From positions 8,161 through 72,160 of the forward strand of contig JBAZHG010000001.1 of assembly GCA_041652475.1 (NCBI GenBank): a stretch of DNA of 64,000 bases, in the 5' to 3' direction. This document shows positions 45,344 to 55,582 of this stretch, one piece after another; the first letter of the stretch is position 1; the number at the start of each line of letters is the position of its first letter. The position numbers and the translations under genes were made by a program. The notes under the pieces are model-generated. The model had not been told where the DNA came from, searched no databases, and saw nothing but the letters and a program-made list of their open reading frames with translations. This stretch comes from Bacilli bacterium. GTDB taxonomy: Bacteria > Bacillota_I > Bacilli_A > RFN20 > CAG-826.

Positions 45344-46693
45344 CTATAAAATATTGCGCCGTATGAGTTCCGTCCTCAAGGGATCGGAACCTTCATAATC
45401 CCGGGCGGCTTTCTTTGCTTGATAACGCTCGAATAGCGAGCGATCGTCTTCGGTCAGCCGTGGGTAATTAATATCTAGTCCAAGTATATGGAACATTGTC
45501 TTCAAAGTAAAGAAATAGGAGCCCATCCGCTCATAATCGGGCTTGTTTTCCCGCAACGACCGATGGGCGAGCTTGATCAAATCATAAACGGAGGTCAAGG
45601 CGTTGCTGGTATTCAAATCGTCGGCCAGGGCTTTGATAAAGTCGTCAATCAAAAGCGGATACCGGCCTTCGATGTCGCGACCGGCCAACTGAAGGGTGAC
45701 CGCCAACTGTTTGATGGCCGCGGTCATCTTGTTAACCTCGGCTCGGGCCGTCTCCAAGAACGACTGGTTGAAATTGACCGGAAGGCGATAATGGGTCGAC
45801 AAGAGCATCAAGCGGAGGGCCGGGCCCCCGATTGTCGCCAGGGCGTCTTTGGCCGTCAGAATATTGCCGGTCGACTTCGACATCTTGTCGTCGTTGAGGT
45901 TGATGAAGCCATTATGCATCCAGATATTGGCCAGGCGGGTTCCGTGTTGGGCCAAGCTTTGGGCAATCTCGTTGTCGTGATGGGGAAATTTCAAATCGAA
46001 GCCGCCCCCATGGATGTCGATGATCTTTTCTTTAAAAATCGAGTCGATCATGACGGCGCACTCGGTGTGCCAGCCGGGCCGCCCCTTACCCCAGGGACTG
46101 TCGAAGGAGAGGCCTTTCTCGGTTTTCTTCCAAAGGAAGAAGTCAAGTGGAGATTTCTTTTTGCCGGATTCCTCGACCCGGGCTCCGACGATTAAATCGT
46201 CGGTCTTCATGTGGGACAGATGCCCATAATCGGGGATTGAGGAAACTTGGAAGAAGACCTCGCCATCGACGACGTAGGCGGCACCTTTGTCCACCAATCC
46301 TTTGATGTAGGCGACGATTTCTGAGACGAACTCGGTCACCCGCGGGGTCGCCGTCGGAAGTTTGGAATTGATTCGATTGACGTTATCTTCGTAAGCGGTG
46401 ATGAAAAACTCGGCCACTTCGCGTTCGCTTCTATGTTCGGACATGGCCTTGGCGATGATTTTGTCGTCGATGTCAGTGTAATTGCTGACGTAGGTCACCT
46501 GATAACCAAGGTATTCGAAGAGGCGCCTAAGCACGTCAAAGACGACCACCGGACGCATGTTCCCGATGTGGACGAAATCATAAACGGTCGGCCCGCAGAC
46601 GTACAGGCTGACCTGTCCCGGTTGAATCGGGGTGAAGCTTTCAATTTGATCAGACCAGCTGTTGAAAAGGCGAATTTCCATCGGCAACCTCAT
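45344..46693 (-). CDS. cysS: Cysteine--tRNA ligase
   Basis: 449 aa. The HIGN (HIGH-type) and KMSKS motifs are present. Confidence 0.97.
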   Translation of the reverse strand: MRLPMEIRLFNSWSDQIESFTPIQPGQVSLYVCGPTVYDFVHIGNMRPVVVFDVLRRLFEYLGYQVTYVSNYTDIDDKIIAKAMSEHRSEREVAEFFITAYEDNVNRINSKLPTATPRVTEFVSEIVAYIKGLVDKGAAYVVDGEVFFQVSSIPDYGHLSHMKTDDLIVGARVEESGKKKSPLDFFLWKKTEKGLSFDSPWGKGRPGWHTECAVMIDSIFKEKIIDIHGGGFDLKFPHHDNEIAQSLAQHGTRLANIWMHNGFINLNDDKMSKSTGNILTAKDALATIGGPALRLMLLSTHYRLPVNFNQSFLETARAEVNKMTAAIKQLAVTLQLAGRDIEGRYPLLIDDFIKALADDLNTSNALTSVYDLIKLAHRSLRENKPDYERMGSYFFTLKTMFHILGLDINYPRLTEDDRSLFERYQAKKAARDYEGSDPLRTELIRRNIL

Positions 46694-46757
46694 TAGTGAT
46701 ATTACTTTAGCATATTATCGCGATTTTGCTCCTAATCGCGCGAAAAACGATGTTCGA

Positions 46758-48071
46758 TTACTTGATCGTCCAGCGATCGACATATTCGTCAACCCCGAAC
46801 TTGCGTTTGAGCCCGGCCATGTTCATGTAGCGGACGGTCCCGAAGACCGCTCGTTCGCCCCATGGACGGTCGTGGACGCCCCCAAGGGCCCAGGCGATGC
46901 CGACGTAACCATTGGGATCGCGTCCGTCCAGTTGATACTTGTCATTCAAATACAACGCCGTTTTGAAGGCTTCTTCCGGACTTGGAATCCATTCGAGGAT
47001 TTTTTTGGCCCAATACATGCGCATATATCCGTGCATGTAATTCGTTTTGGTCAATTGGGTTTGGGCGGCGTTCCAGGCCGGGTCGTGGGTCTTGGCGTAT
47101 TCAAGTTCTTCCAAAGTATAAATATATGGACGCGGGTCGTTCCGATGGGCGTCAAGGCTTCGCTTGGCCCAATCGGGAAAACCGGAGATCGAATCATAGT
47201 TCTGATTGTAATGGCAAAAATTGTCCGCTAGTTCGCGCCGGACGATCATCTCTTCGAGGAATTCTTCGCTCGGATGGCGGCTTTGCTGCACTTCTAGGGC
47301 TAGGCGGTTGGCGCTCAGGTTGCCGAAGTGGAGGTAAGCCGAGAGCCTCGAGGTCACGTCCAAGTTTGGATTGTTGCGGAAATGGTAATCGGTCAATCTT
47401 TCATCGATGAAGCTTCGCATGGCCGCTTCCGGGGTCGGCAGCGGCGGCAAGCCATCGAGCCAGGCTGCCAGGCTTTGATCAACATGGATTTGCGCCGTCC
47501 CGAGGAATTTCACTTCGGGAATCGAAAGAAGATAGTTAGGTAAAAGACGCTGGATTTTCGGACGCAGGGTGTAAGCTCCCCATTCGGCTTTATTCGAGGC
47601 CATCCATACCGGGATGACGTTATGGGCGTCCACTTCGAGAAAACGGATGTCGATTGCCTCATTGACGTGATCTTTTATCGCTTGAATTTCCTTCAAGGGT
47701 GAAAAATCGCTCATCAAGACCCCGGCCCGTTCCCGTTTTATCAACGCCGGAATCACTTCAATCGGGTTACCCCGTTCGATTGAGAAGTCGATGCCGAGTC
47801 GGCGGGCTTCGTCGAGAACGTGTCTGAGCCCTTGCCCGAGTCGAACGTAAATCGGATTCGATTGATTGAAAACCAAGGAGCTAAAACCATCGAACATCAC
47901 GAAGACGACCGCCAAGGGCCGATTCGTCTTTTGGGCCAAATCGGCGGCGGCCACCAGGGCCCAATTGTCGACCAAACGTTGGTCGCGATTCATCCAATAG
48001 ATGATTTTGCCGGGGCCGTAGGGTTTGTCATTGCGAGCACTGATCCGGTTTTCAAGCAAGAGACGGCTCAC
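46758..48071 (-). CDS. phr: Deoxyribodipyrimidine photolyase (class II CPD photolyase-like)
   Basis: 437 aa. The C-terminal FAD-binding region carries MHGYMRMYWAKKILEW, as I recall for class II photolyases. Confidence 0.75.
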   Translation of the reverse strand: MSRLLLENRISARNDKPYGPGKIIYWMNRDQRLVDNWALVAAADLAQKTNRPLAVVFVMFDGFSSLVFNQSNPIYVRLGQGLRHVLDEARRLGIDFSIERGNPIEVIPALIKRERAGVLMSDFSPLKEIQAIKDHVNEAIDIRFLEVDAHNVIPVWMASNKAEWGAYTLRPKIQRLLPNYLLSIPEVKFLGTAQIHVDQSLAAWLDGLPPLPTPEAAMRSFIDERLTDYHFRNNPNLDVTSRLSAYLHFGNLSANRLALEVQQSRHPSEEFLEEMIVRRELADNFCHYNQNYDSISGFPDWAKRSLDAHRNDPRPYIYTLEELEYAKTHDPAWNAAQTQLTKTNYMHGYMRMYWAKKILEWIPSPEEAFKTALYLNDKYQLDGRDPNGYVGIAWALGGVHDRPWGERAVFGTVRYMNMAGLKRKFGVDEYVDRWTIK

Positions 48072-48733
48072 GGTTGGCTTTCCTCATTGATGACCGCCTG
48101 CAGCAATTGCCCGGGTCGGTCGATGATAAAGGCGGGTTGGGCTTCCAGCAAACGTTCTCGAGGGACATATCCCCAAGTGACCGCGGCCGCCCTCATGCCC
48201 AAGGCTGCGGCGGTCTTGATGTCCACGAGCGAGTCGCCGACGTAAACCGAGGTCTGCGGATCGACGCCATATTTTTCAAGGATGGGCAAAAACGGGGCGA
48301 CATTGGGTTTAGGAGCATGTCCGGGCTGCTGCCCGATTACGGCTTCAAAGGCGCCCGGGAACCGGGCTTCGATTAGCTTGACGGCAAATGGATGGGGCTT
48401 GTTCGAATAAACGAATAGACGCATGCCCCGATTGATCAAATCATTGATTAAAGCCAACACGCCGGGAAAAGGCCGGGTGGCTTCAAGTTGATAGACGATT
48501 TGCCGTTTCATGTAGGCGTCTTTGAACGATTGGTAGGTCTCCTGGTCCAAAATCGCCCCCTTCAAGGCGTGGCGGAGCAAATGCTCGGTTCCGTGCCCAA
48601 GAAACGATTTGCCTTCGGCCACCGTAATCTCCGGCAAGCTGAAATCAATCAAGGTTTCGTTCAAGGCCTTGGTGATTTCCTCAATGGTGTCCAAGAGGGT
48701 CCCGTCGAGGTCAAAAACAAGATTTTTAATCAT
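48068..48733 (-). CDS. HAD-superfamily phosphatase (phosphoglycolate phosphatase/beta-PGM-like)
   Basis: 221 aa. DLDGTLLDT motif I and a ..VGDSLVDIKTA.. motif IV. Leaderless-type start with the shared 16-mer. Confidence 0.85.
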   Translation of the reverse strand: MIKNLVFDLDGTLLDTIEEITKALNETLIDFSLPEITVAEGKSFLGHGTEHLLRHALKGAILDQETYQSFKDAYMKRQIVYQLEATRPFPGVLALINDLINRGMRLFVYSNKPHPFAVKLIEARFPGAFEAVIGQQPGHAPKPNVAPFLPILEKYGVDPQTSVYVGDSLVDIKTAAALGMRAAAVTWGYVPRERLLEAQPAFIIDRPGQLLQAVINEESQP

Positions 48734-48787
48734 GATTTAATGATACAACAAAATCGATTCCAAATGATTCGGCATGAGCGAATCTAG

Positions 48788-48810
48788 AAAAAAACCCTGC
48801 TAAGCAGGGC
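48788..48810 (-). terminator. Rho-independent terminator after rplQ (end of the alpha operon)
   Basis: Hairpin ccctgc-taa-gcaggg, followed on the minus strand by TTTTTTT. Confidence 0.8.
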
Positions 48811-48819
48811 TATTTTCGG

Positions 48820-49224
48820 TTATTGAACGAAGGCGATGAGATAAACCGGGGCGTTGTCGCCGCGCCGGCTCTTTAGCCGCAGGGCCCGGGTGTAACCGCC
48901 GGAACGCTCCTTGTAGCGGGGACCGATCGTCTCGAACAGCTTGTCGAGGGCGACGAGGCCTTTTTTCTCATCGGCGATGTAATCGCGGACCACGCTCGCG
49001 GCCAAGCGGCGCGAATGGAGGTCGCCGGTCTTCGCGTAGGTGACGAGGCGGTCGGCCAATTTGATCAAATCGGAAACCATGCCGCCGGTGACGGTGACTT
49101 TTTCCTCGACGATCAAGGTCGAGACGAGGTTGCGAAGCTGCGATTTATGTTTGCTGGAAGTATAGGGCGCCTTGAAGCGGACCCCACCTTTACCGTGTAC
49201 GTTGGTACGTCCTTGTGTTGCCAT
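48820..49224 (-). CDS. rplQ: 50S ribosomal protein L17
   Basis: 134 aa. Confidence 0.95.
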   Translation of the reverse strand: MATQGRTNVHGKGGVRFKAPYTSSKHKSQLRNLVSTLIVEEKVTVTGGMVSDLIKLADRLVTYAKTGDLHSRRLAASVVRDYIADEKKGLVALDKLFETIGPRYKERSGGYTRALRLKSRRGDNAPVYLIAFVQ

Positions 49225-49236
49225 GGGTAACTCCTT

Positions 49237-50202
49237 CTAATTCTCACGGAAAGAAAGGCCGATCGCGTTGAGCTTTTCTTTGACTTCTTTGAGCGATTTC
49301 TTGCCGAGGTTGCGGACTTTCATCATTTCTTCTTCGGTCTTCTGGGTCAATTCATAGACGGTCTCGATCCCGGCGCGGCGAAGGCAGTTGTAGGAACGGA
49401 CCGAGAGGTCGAGGTCGACGATGGTCATGTTCGAATACTTGTCTTCGCTTTGTTCGGTCGGTTCCTTCATGATGTTGACGTCATAGGTGGCTTGTTCGAG
49501 GTCGATGAAACCTTCGAAGTGGGCCATCAGGATCCGCGAAGCCAAAGAAAGGGCTTCTTGGGGTTTTAAACTGCCGTTCGTCCAAATTTCGAGCGTCAGC
49601 TTGTCGTAGCGCGAATCGTGCCCGACCCGGGTCGGATCGATGTTGTAGCTGACCTTGGTGACCGGCGAGTAGTTGCTGTCGGTGGCGATGGTGCCGAGCT
49701 TGGCGGTATAGCGGTTGGCTTTGTTGCCTTCGCTCGTGACGTAGCCGCGGCCGTTGCGGGCGTAGACGCGCATTTTCAGCTTGCCGCCTTCAGTCACGTT
49801 GGCGAGAACCAGCCCCGGATTGATGACGGTGACCCCGTAGGGCAAGACGAAATCGGCGGCGGTGACCACTTTCGGGCCGACCGCTTCGAGTTCGAGCACT
49901 TTGGCGTCGATCCCTTCTTCTTCAATCTTCAAGACGAGGTCTTTCAGGTTCAAGATGATGGCGGTCACGTCTTCGACGACCCCTTCCAGGGCTGAGAATT
50001 CATGACGGGCCCCTTCGACTTCGACCGCGAAGACGGAGGCTCCCGGAAGGCTCGAAAGCAGGACCCGGCGCAAGGCGTTGCCGAGCGTGAGGCCGAAGCC
50101 GCGTTCGAGCGGCTCGAGGACGAACCGTCCGTAGTTGTGGGTGCTGTCAAAGAGCTTTTTGGTGAAAATCGGCTTCTCGAATTGTTTGGCAATGAAACTC
50201 AT
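49237..50202 (-). CDS. rpoA: DNA-directed RNA polymerase subunit alpha
   Basis: 321 aa. Confidence 0.97.
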   Translation of the reverse strand: MSFIAKQFEKPIFTKKLFDSTHNYGRFVLEPLERGFGLTLGNALRRVLLSSLPGASVFAVEVEGARHEFSALEGVVEDVTAIILNLKDLVLKIEEEGIDAKVLELEAVGPKVVTAADFVLPYGVTVINPGLVLANVTEGGKLKMRVYARNGRGYVTSEGNKANRYTAKLGTIATDSNYSPVTKVSYNIDPTRVGHDSRYDKLTLEIWTNGSLKPQEALSLASRILMAHFEGFIDLEQATYDVNIMKEPTEQSEDKYSNMTIVDLDLSVRSYNCLRRAGIETVYELTQKTEEEMMKVRNLGKKSLKEVKEKLNAIGLSFREN

Positions 50203-50223
50203 AGTTCGTTTCCTCCTATCGCC

Positions 50224-50616
50224 TTAACCACGAGGCTTCTTGGGCGGGCGGCAGCCATTGTGAGGAATGGGTGTCGTGTCCGTGATCATGTTGATGGCGA
50301 GACCGGCGGCTTGCAGGCTGCGGACGGCGGCTTCGCGGCCGGGTCCCGGCCCCTTGACGTTGACGTCGACGGTCTTGATGCCTTGGTCGATGGCGGCTTT
50401 GGCGCAGGCTTCGGCGGCCATTCCGGCGGCGAAGGGCGTCGATTTGCGCGCTCCTTTGTAGCCGAGGGCTCCCGGAGTGCTCCAGGCGATGGCGTTGCCG
50501 TCGTCATCGGTGATCGTCACGATCGTGTTGTTAAACGTGGCGTGGATGTGGGCGGTGCCTTTGGTAAACGTGCGTTTGATTTTTTTCTTACGCGTGGTGG
50601 TTGTTTTGGTAGCCAT
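50224..50616 (-). CDS. rpsK: 30S ribosomal protein S11
   Basis: 130 aa. Confidence 0.95.
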   Translation of the reverse strand: MATKTTTTRKKKIKRTFTKGTAHIHATFNNTIVTITDDDGNAIAWSTPGALGYKGARKSTPFAAGMAAEACAKAAIDQGIKTVDVNVKGPGPGREAAVRSLQAAGLAINMITDTTPIPHNGCRPPKKPRG

Positions 50617-50634
50617 GAGGTGCGACTCCTTTCA

Positions 50635-51012
50635 TTAACCTTGCGTCGCCATCTTCTTGTTGGCGATGGTTTTGCGCGGGCCTTTGCGGGTCCGGGCGTT
50701 GGTCCGGGTTCGTTGGCCGCGGACGGGTAGGCCCTTGCGGTGCCGGATGCCGCGATAGCATCCGATTTCCTGGAGCCGTTTGATGTTGAGGGCGACTTCG
50801 CGACGCAGGTCGCCTTCGAGCTTGTATTTGGCGACTTGGTTGCGGATGGCCAATAATTGCTCATCCGTCAGGTTTTTGACGCGGATGTCTTGACTGACTT
50901 CGGCGTCTTTTAAAATTTTCTCGGCGGTCGAGAGCCCGATGCCAAAAATGTAGGTCAGGGCAATCACGACGCGTTTTTCATTGGGGATGTCGACTCCGAC
51001 GATACGTGCCAT
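50635..51012 (-). CDS. rpsM: 30S ribosomal protein S13
   Basis: 125 aa. [15 protein letters not shown]. Confidence 0.95.
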   Translation of the reverse strand: MARIVGVDIPNEKRVVIALTYIFGIGLSTAEKILKDAEVSQDIRVKNLTDEQLLAIRNQVAKYKLEGDLRREVALNIKRLQEIGCYRGIRHRKGLPVRGQRTRTNARTRKGPRKTIANKKMATQG

Positions 51013-51029
51013 AGTTGTGGTACTCCTTT

Positions 51030-51144
51030 TTTAACCTTGTCTTTGCTTGTGCTTCGGGTTGTCGCAGATGACGGTGACGACGCCTTTGCGGCGGATGACC
51101 TTGCACTTGTCGCAGATTGGTTTGACTGATGTTCTTACTTTCAT
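51030..51144 (-). pseudogene. rpmJ: 50S ribosomal protein L36 with an apparent +1 frameshift in a T4/A4 homopolymer
   Basis: Manual translation gives MKVRTSVK, then after a 1-nt skip [29 protein letters not shown] (C-x2-C...C-x4-H zinc ribbon). The ATG-to-stop span is 115 nt, which is not a multiple of 3. The extra base lies in the ggTTTTgac run at 51120-51123. Confidence 0.7.
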
Positions 51145-51168
51145 GTGTTTTCTTTGCTCCTTAGGTAC

Positions 51169-51387
51169 TTACTTGTACCTGAACGTGATGCGGCCCCGTG
51201 TTAAGTCGTAGGGGGAGATTTGAACCGTAACTCGATCACCTGGTAAAATGCGGATGTAGTGCATGCGGATTTTACCAGAAACGTGGGCCAGAATTACGTG
51301 ACCGTTTTCAAGGCGGACCCGGAACATGGTGTTCGGGAGCGTTTCGACCACGGTCGCCTCCATTTCAATTACGTCTGTTTTTGCCAT
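51169..51387 (-). CDS. infA: Translation initiation factor IF-1
   Basis: 72 aa. [30 protein letters not shown]. Confidence 0.97.
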   Translation of the reverse strand: MAKTDVIEMEATVVETLPNTMFRVRLENGHVILAHVSGKIRMHYIRILPGDRVTVQISPYDLTRGRITFRYK

Positions 51388-51399
51388 AATACTCCTCCT

Positions 51400-52146
51400 T
51401 CATCGTAGGGTCAGGATTTCATATCCCGATTCGGTGACGACGATCGTATTTTCGTAGTGCGCGCACAGCTTGCCGTCGATTGTCTTGACGGTCCAGCCGT
51501 CGGCGAGCACTTTCGTCTCGTGGCGTCCGGCGTTGACCATCGGCTCGATGGCCAAGGTCATCCCGGGACGTAATAGCGGCCCTTGGTGGGCCGGCCCGAA
51601 GTTCGGGATCGGCGGATCTTCGTGGAGATCGCGCCCGATGCCGTGTCCGGTGTAGTCGCGCGGCAACGAGAAGCCGCGGCTTTCGACATAGGTTTGGATC
51701 GCGTGGCTGAGGTCCGAGAGATGGATTCCCGGCCGCACGATCTTGAGGGCTTCAAAGAAGCTCTCTTTGGTGACTTGGGCCAAGCGGCGCGCCAAGGCGC
51801 TGCCAAACCCGACGATGAAGGTTCGCGCGGCGTCGCCGTGATAACCTTTGTAGTTGGCGCCAACGTCGATTTTGACGAGATCGCCTTCCTTGAGGCGGTA
51901 ACCCGAGGGGATCCCGTGAATCAAGGTGTCGTTGACCGAGGCGCAGATGGCGCTTGGAAAGCCGCCGTAACCTTTGAACGAGGGGACGGCCCCCCGCTCG
52001 CGGATAATCGTTTCGGCCAATTCGTCCAATTCCCGGGTGGTCACTCCGGGGAGGCACCGTTCGCCGACCGTTTCGAGCACTTCGGCCACGATGGCCCCGG
52101 CGCTCCGCATCAAGTCGATTTCCCGCGGCGATTTGACGATGATCAC
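51400..52146 (-). CDS. map: Methionine aminopeptidase type I
   Basis: 248 aa. Confidence 0.95.
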   Translation of the reverse strand: MIIVKSPREIDLMRSAGAIVAEVLETVGERCLPGVTTRELDELAETIIRERGAVPSFKGYGGFPSAICASVNDTLIHGIPSGYRLKEGDLVKIDVGANYKGYHGDAARTFIVGFGSALARRLAQVTKESFFEALKIVRPGIHLSDLSHAIQTYVESRGFSLPRDYTGHGIGRDLHEDPPIPNFGPAHQGPLLRPGMTLAIEPMVNAGRHETKVLADGWTVKTIDGKLCAHYENTIVVTESGYEILTLR

Positions 52147-52802
52147 GCCGATTCGACCTCGGCGAAGATCTTTTTCACGACTTCGAACAGTTCGTCGTAG
52201 CCCATCAGTCCGTCAACGCGCCGCAAGAGCCCCTGCTTTTCGTAAAAGGATATCAAGGGTTTGGTCGACACTTCGTAGTGGTCGAGTCGGACCGTCAGCG
52301 CTTCGAGGTTGTCGTCCTTGCGTTGCATCAAGGACCCGCCGCACACGTCGCAGACGCCGTCTTTTTTCGGTTTCATGGTATCGACGTGGTAAGGGGCGCC
52401 GCAGACGGAACAAACGCGCCGTCCGGTGATGCGCCGGATCAGTTCGCCGCGCGCGGCCGTGAAGTCGATTACGGCGTTGACCGGGCGGCCGATTTCCTTG
52501 GCGAGGACGTCAAGGGCTTCGGCTTGCGGGAGCGTCCGCGGGAAGCCGTCGAGGAGATAACCCCGTTGGCAATCCGGTTGCGCCAGCCGTTCGCGGACGA
52601 GGCCGATCGTCACCTGGTCGGGAACGAGGTCGCCTTTATTGATGTAGGCGGCCGCGAGTTTGCCCAAGGCGGTGCCGGCCTTGATCGCTTCCCGGAACAT
52701 GTCCCCGGTCGAAATGTGGGGAATGTCATAGGCGGCGATGATCTTTTTGGCCTGGGTGCCTTTTCCGGCTCCGGGCGGCCCCATCAAGATGATGTTCAGC
52801 AT
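52143..52802 (-). CDS. adk: Adenylate kinase (zinc-binding lid CxxC...CxxC)
   Basis: 219 aa. GPPGAGKGT P-loop. Lid motifs CSVCG...CDVCG. Confidence 0.97.
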   Translation of the reverse strand: MLNIILMGPPGAGKGTQAKKIIAAYDIPHISTGDMFREAIKAGTALGKLAAAYINKGDLVPDQVTIGLVRERLAQPDCQRGYLLDGFPRTLPQAEALDVLAKEIGRPVNAVIDFTAARGELIRRITGRRVCSVCGAPYHVDTMKPKKDGVCDVCGGSLMQRKDDNLEALTVRLDHYEVSTKPLISFYEKQGLLRRVDGLMGYDELFEVVKKIFAEVESA

Positions 52803-54151
52803 CAGGCGCCGCCTCCTTGAGTCACTTCGTCAAAGCTCTTGCCGGCCAGAAGCCCATCGATCTGGCTGTTGATTTCGATGGCTACGCCGACGACGATGAT
52901 GAGGCCGGTGCCGCCAAAGGCCAGCGATTGGTCAGGGACAATTTTGAGCAAGACGAGCACGATCGGCAAGGCGGCGATGAAGGCCAAGGCCGCGGCGCCG
53001 ATGACGGTGACCCGATTGACGACTTTCTTGACATAGCGTTCCGTTTCATTGCCGGGACGGATGCCCGGGATGTAGGAGCCGTTCTTTTGGAAGTTTTCGG
53101 CCAATTGGGGCGGATTGATCTGCAAGTTGGAATAAAAGAAGGTGAAGAGGACCGTCAAGGTCAGATAGATGAGGAGGCCCCAGGGGAACTTCCAGGTTTC
53201 GTTGTTGAACCAGGGCATGGTCACCAGCTCGCTGCTCGAGAAGACCTTGAGCCATTCGGCGTTGGTGTCGGCGCCGCTGATGAAGCTGATGATGACGCTC
53301 GGGGCCATCATGATCGAACTGGCGAAGATGACCGGGATCACGCCCGCCGAATTGATTTTAATCGGCAGGAAGCTGGCTTGGCTGTACTTTTTCCCGGCGC
53401 CGCTTTTTCCGGCGTGTTGGACCGGAATCTTGCGTTTGCTTTGCTCAACAAAGGTCACAAAGGCGATGATGAGCAGGAAGGCGAGGATGTAGACCGCGAA
53501 CTGGAAGATGCCTTTGAGGAAGACCGGGGTGTCGAGGCCGACCGTCATGGCCACCCAATTGTTATAGGCACCCTGGATTTGGATTGGCAGGCTCCGGACA
53601 ATCCCGGCGAAAATGATGACCGAGATGCCGTTTCCGAGCCCTTTGACCGAGATTTGGTCGCCGAGCCACATGACGAGCATCGCCCCGGCCACGAGAATGG
53701 TGACGATGTAGGCGTAATTCCAGAACGAGGTGTCGGTGATGCTGATGTAGCTGGTCGTTTCCATCGTTTTCACGATGCCGTAGGCTTGGACCGACCCGAG
53801 AAGCAGAGTGAGATAACGGGTGGTCATCTCTTTCTTCTTGCGGCCGTATTGGCCTTGTTTGCTCAACTCGGTGAGGGCCGGCAGGACGTCGGTCGAGAGT
53901 AGCTGGGTGATGATGCTCGCCGTGATGTAGGGCGAGACGCCGAGGGCGAAGACCGAGAAGCTTTGCAAGGCTCCGCCTCCCAAAAGGTTCATGAGCGCGA
54001 GGGCGCTGTTTTGGTTTAGATCGAGATCCTTGACCGTGACACCGGGGACGGTGATTGCCGCTCCGATGCGGAAGACAAATAAAATGATGACCGTGAAGAA
54101 TATGCGGTTGACTATTTCTTTGTTCTTGAAGATATCAACGATCTTTTTCAT
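52802..54151 (-). CDS. secY: Preprotein translocase subunit SecY
   Basis: 449 aa polytopic. Confidence 0.97.
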   Translation of the reverse strand: MKKIVDIFKNKEIVNRIFFTVIILFVFRIGAAITVPGVTVKDLDLNQNSALALMNLLGGGALQSFSVFALGVSPYITASIITQLLSTDVLPALTELSKQGQYGRKKKEMTTRYLTLLLGSVQAYGIVKTMETTSYISITDTSFWNYAYIVTILVAGAMLVMWLGDQISVKGLGNGISVIIFAGIVRSLPIQIQGAYNNWVAMTVGLDTPVFLKGIFQFAVYILAFLLIIAFVTFVEQSKRKIPVQHAGKSGAGKKYSQASFLPIKINSAGVIPVIFASSIMMAPSVIISFISGADTNAEWLKVFSSSELVTMPWFNNETWKFPWGLLIYLTLTVLFTFFYSNLQINPPQLAENFQKNGSYIPGIRPGNETERYVKKVVNRVTVIGAAALAFIAALPIVLVLLKIVPDQSLAFGGTGLIIVVGVAIEINSQIDGLLAGKSFDEVTQGGGA

Positions 54152-54153
54152 GA

Positions 54154-54594
54154 TTAGACGACCTCAACGCGACCGCCGGCGGCCACGATGGCCGTTTCCG
54201 CCGTCTTGGAGAACTTGTGGGCGTATACGGTCAGTTTTTTGGTTAGTTTGCCGGAGCCGAGCACTTTGACGAGTTCATAATCGGGGCGGACCAAACCGGC
54301 CTCGACGAGCATCGTCGGGTTGATTTCGGTTCCATCCTCGAATCGTTCGAGGGCGTCGACGTTGACCACTTCGTAAACCGTGCTCTTGAAGTTGCGGAAA
54401 CCGCGTTTCGGCAAGCGCCGGTAGATCGGGTTTTGGCCTCCTTCGAAGCCGGGGCGGACGCCGCCGCCGCTTCGGGCGTTTTGCCCTTTATGGCCTTTGC
54501 CAGCCGTTTTGCCGTTGCCGGACCCGATGCCGCGGCCCTTGCGGAACGCGTCTTGGCGGGATCCCGGTTGTGGTTTCAAATTGTGTAATTCCAT
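54154..54594 (-). CDS. rplO: 50S ribosomal protein L15
   Basis: 146 aa. Confidence 0.95.
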   Translation of the reverse strand: MELHNLKPQPGSRQDAFRKGRGIGSGNGKTAGKGHKGQNARSGGGVRPGFEGGQNPIYRRLPKRGFRNFKSTVYEVVNVDALERFEDGTEINPTMLVEAGLVRPDYELVKVLGSGKLTKKLTVYAHKFSKTAETAIVAAGGRVEVV

Positions 54595-54609
54595 AAACGT
54601 ATCCTCCTT

Positions 54610-55200
54610 CTATTTGCCGCGGAGGGCTTTGAATGTCTCGTAGGTTTTCAAGCTTTGAAGCCCGGCGTGGGTCGCCCGAATGATGTTGATCGGAGCCCGG
54701 CTGCCGTAGACTTTAGAATAGACGTTTTTGAGCCCGGCCAATTCGAGGACGGCCCGCACGGGACCGCCGGCGATGATGCCGGTGCCGGCCGGAGCCGGTT
54801 TCAGGAAGACGCTGCAAGCACCATACTGTCCGATGATTTCATGGGCGATGGTGTCGGCTTTGACGAGATCGACTTTAAAAGTCGCTTTCTTGGCTTCTTC
54901 CAGGGCTTTCTTGATGGCGTCGGGGACTTCCCCGGCTTTGCCGGTTCCAAATCCATAGGTGCCTTTGCCGTTTCCGATGACGACGAGCGCGGTAAACCGC
55001 ATGTGCTTGCCGCCTTTGACGACTTTGGTGACCCGATTGATGGCCACGGTCCGCTCTTCGTATTCCTTGGGAGCCGTTTCCCGGCGCGGACGCCGATCGT
55101 TGCTCCGGGGTCTCCGGTCGCGGTCAAAACGCCGTGGACCTTTGCTTTCGGTCGGGGTTTCGGTTTTTTGCGGGACGACTGTTACGTTGTTTTCAACCAT
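54610..55200 (-). CDS. rpsE: 30S ribosomal protein S5 with an N-terminal Arg/Pro/Glu-rich extension of about 45 aa
   Basis: 196 aa. The S5 core runs from ..[16 protein letters not shown].. Confidence 0.93.
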   Translation of the reverse strand: MVENNVTVVPQKTETPTESKGPRRFDRDRRPRSNDRRPRRETAPKEYEERTVAINRVTKVVKGGKHMRFTALVVIGNGKGTYGFGTGKAGEVPDAIKKALEEAKKATFKVDLVKADTIAHEIIGQYGACSVFLKPAPAGTGIIAGGPVRAVLELAGLKNVYSKVYGSRAPINIIRATHAGLQSLKTYETFKALRGK

Positions 55201-55211
55201 AAGGGCTCCTC

Positions 55212-55568
55212 CTAGAACTTGAGGCCGGCTGCACGGGCAGCTTCGGCCAGGGCTTTGACGCGCCCGTGGTACAGGTAACCACTGCGGTCGAAGACAATGA
55301 CGCTATAGCCTTTGGCTAGCGCCTTTTCGGCCAGATCGGCGCCGACTTTGGCGGCCGCGGCCGCGTTACCGCCGTTAGCAAGCTTGAGGGCTTGGGAACT
55401 GGAAGCAGCCAGGGTCACCCCTTTGACGTCGTCGATAAGTTGCGCGGAGATGTTGGCGTTGGAACGGTAGACCGAGAGACGCGGACACTCGTTGGTGCCG
55501 CTGATTTTGGCCCGGATACGGACGTGACGCCGCAGCCGAATCACATTTTTATCGATTATTTTGATCAT
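55212..55568 (-). CDS. rplR: 50S ribosomal protein L18
   Basis: 118 aa. Confidence 0.95.
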   Translation of the reverse strand: MIKIIDKNVIRLRRHVRIRAKISGTNECPRLSVYRSNANISAQLIDDVKGVTLAASSSQALKLANGGNAAAAAKVGADLAEKALAKGYSVIVFDRSGYLYHGRVKALAEAARAAGLKF

Positions 55569-55582
55569 TTGGTTATCCTCTG

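Noticed and set aside
46694-46757. T-box leader upstream of cysS
   Set aside because: Only about 64 nt separate cysS from the photolyase stop, which is too short for a T-box, so cysS is most likely co-transcribed.
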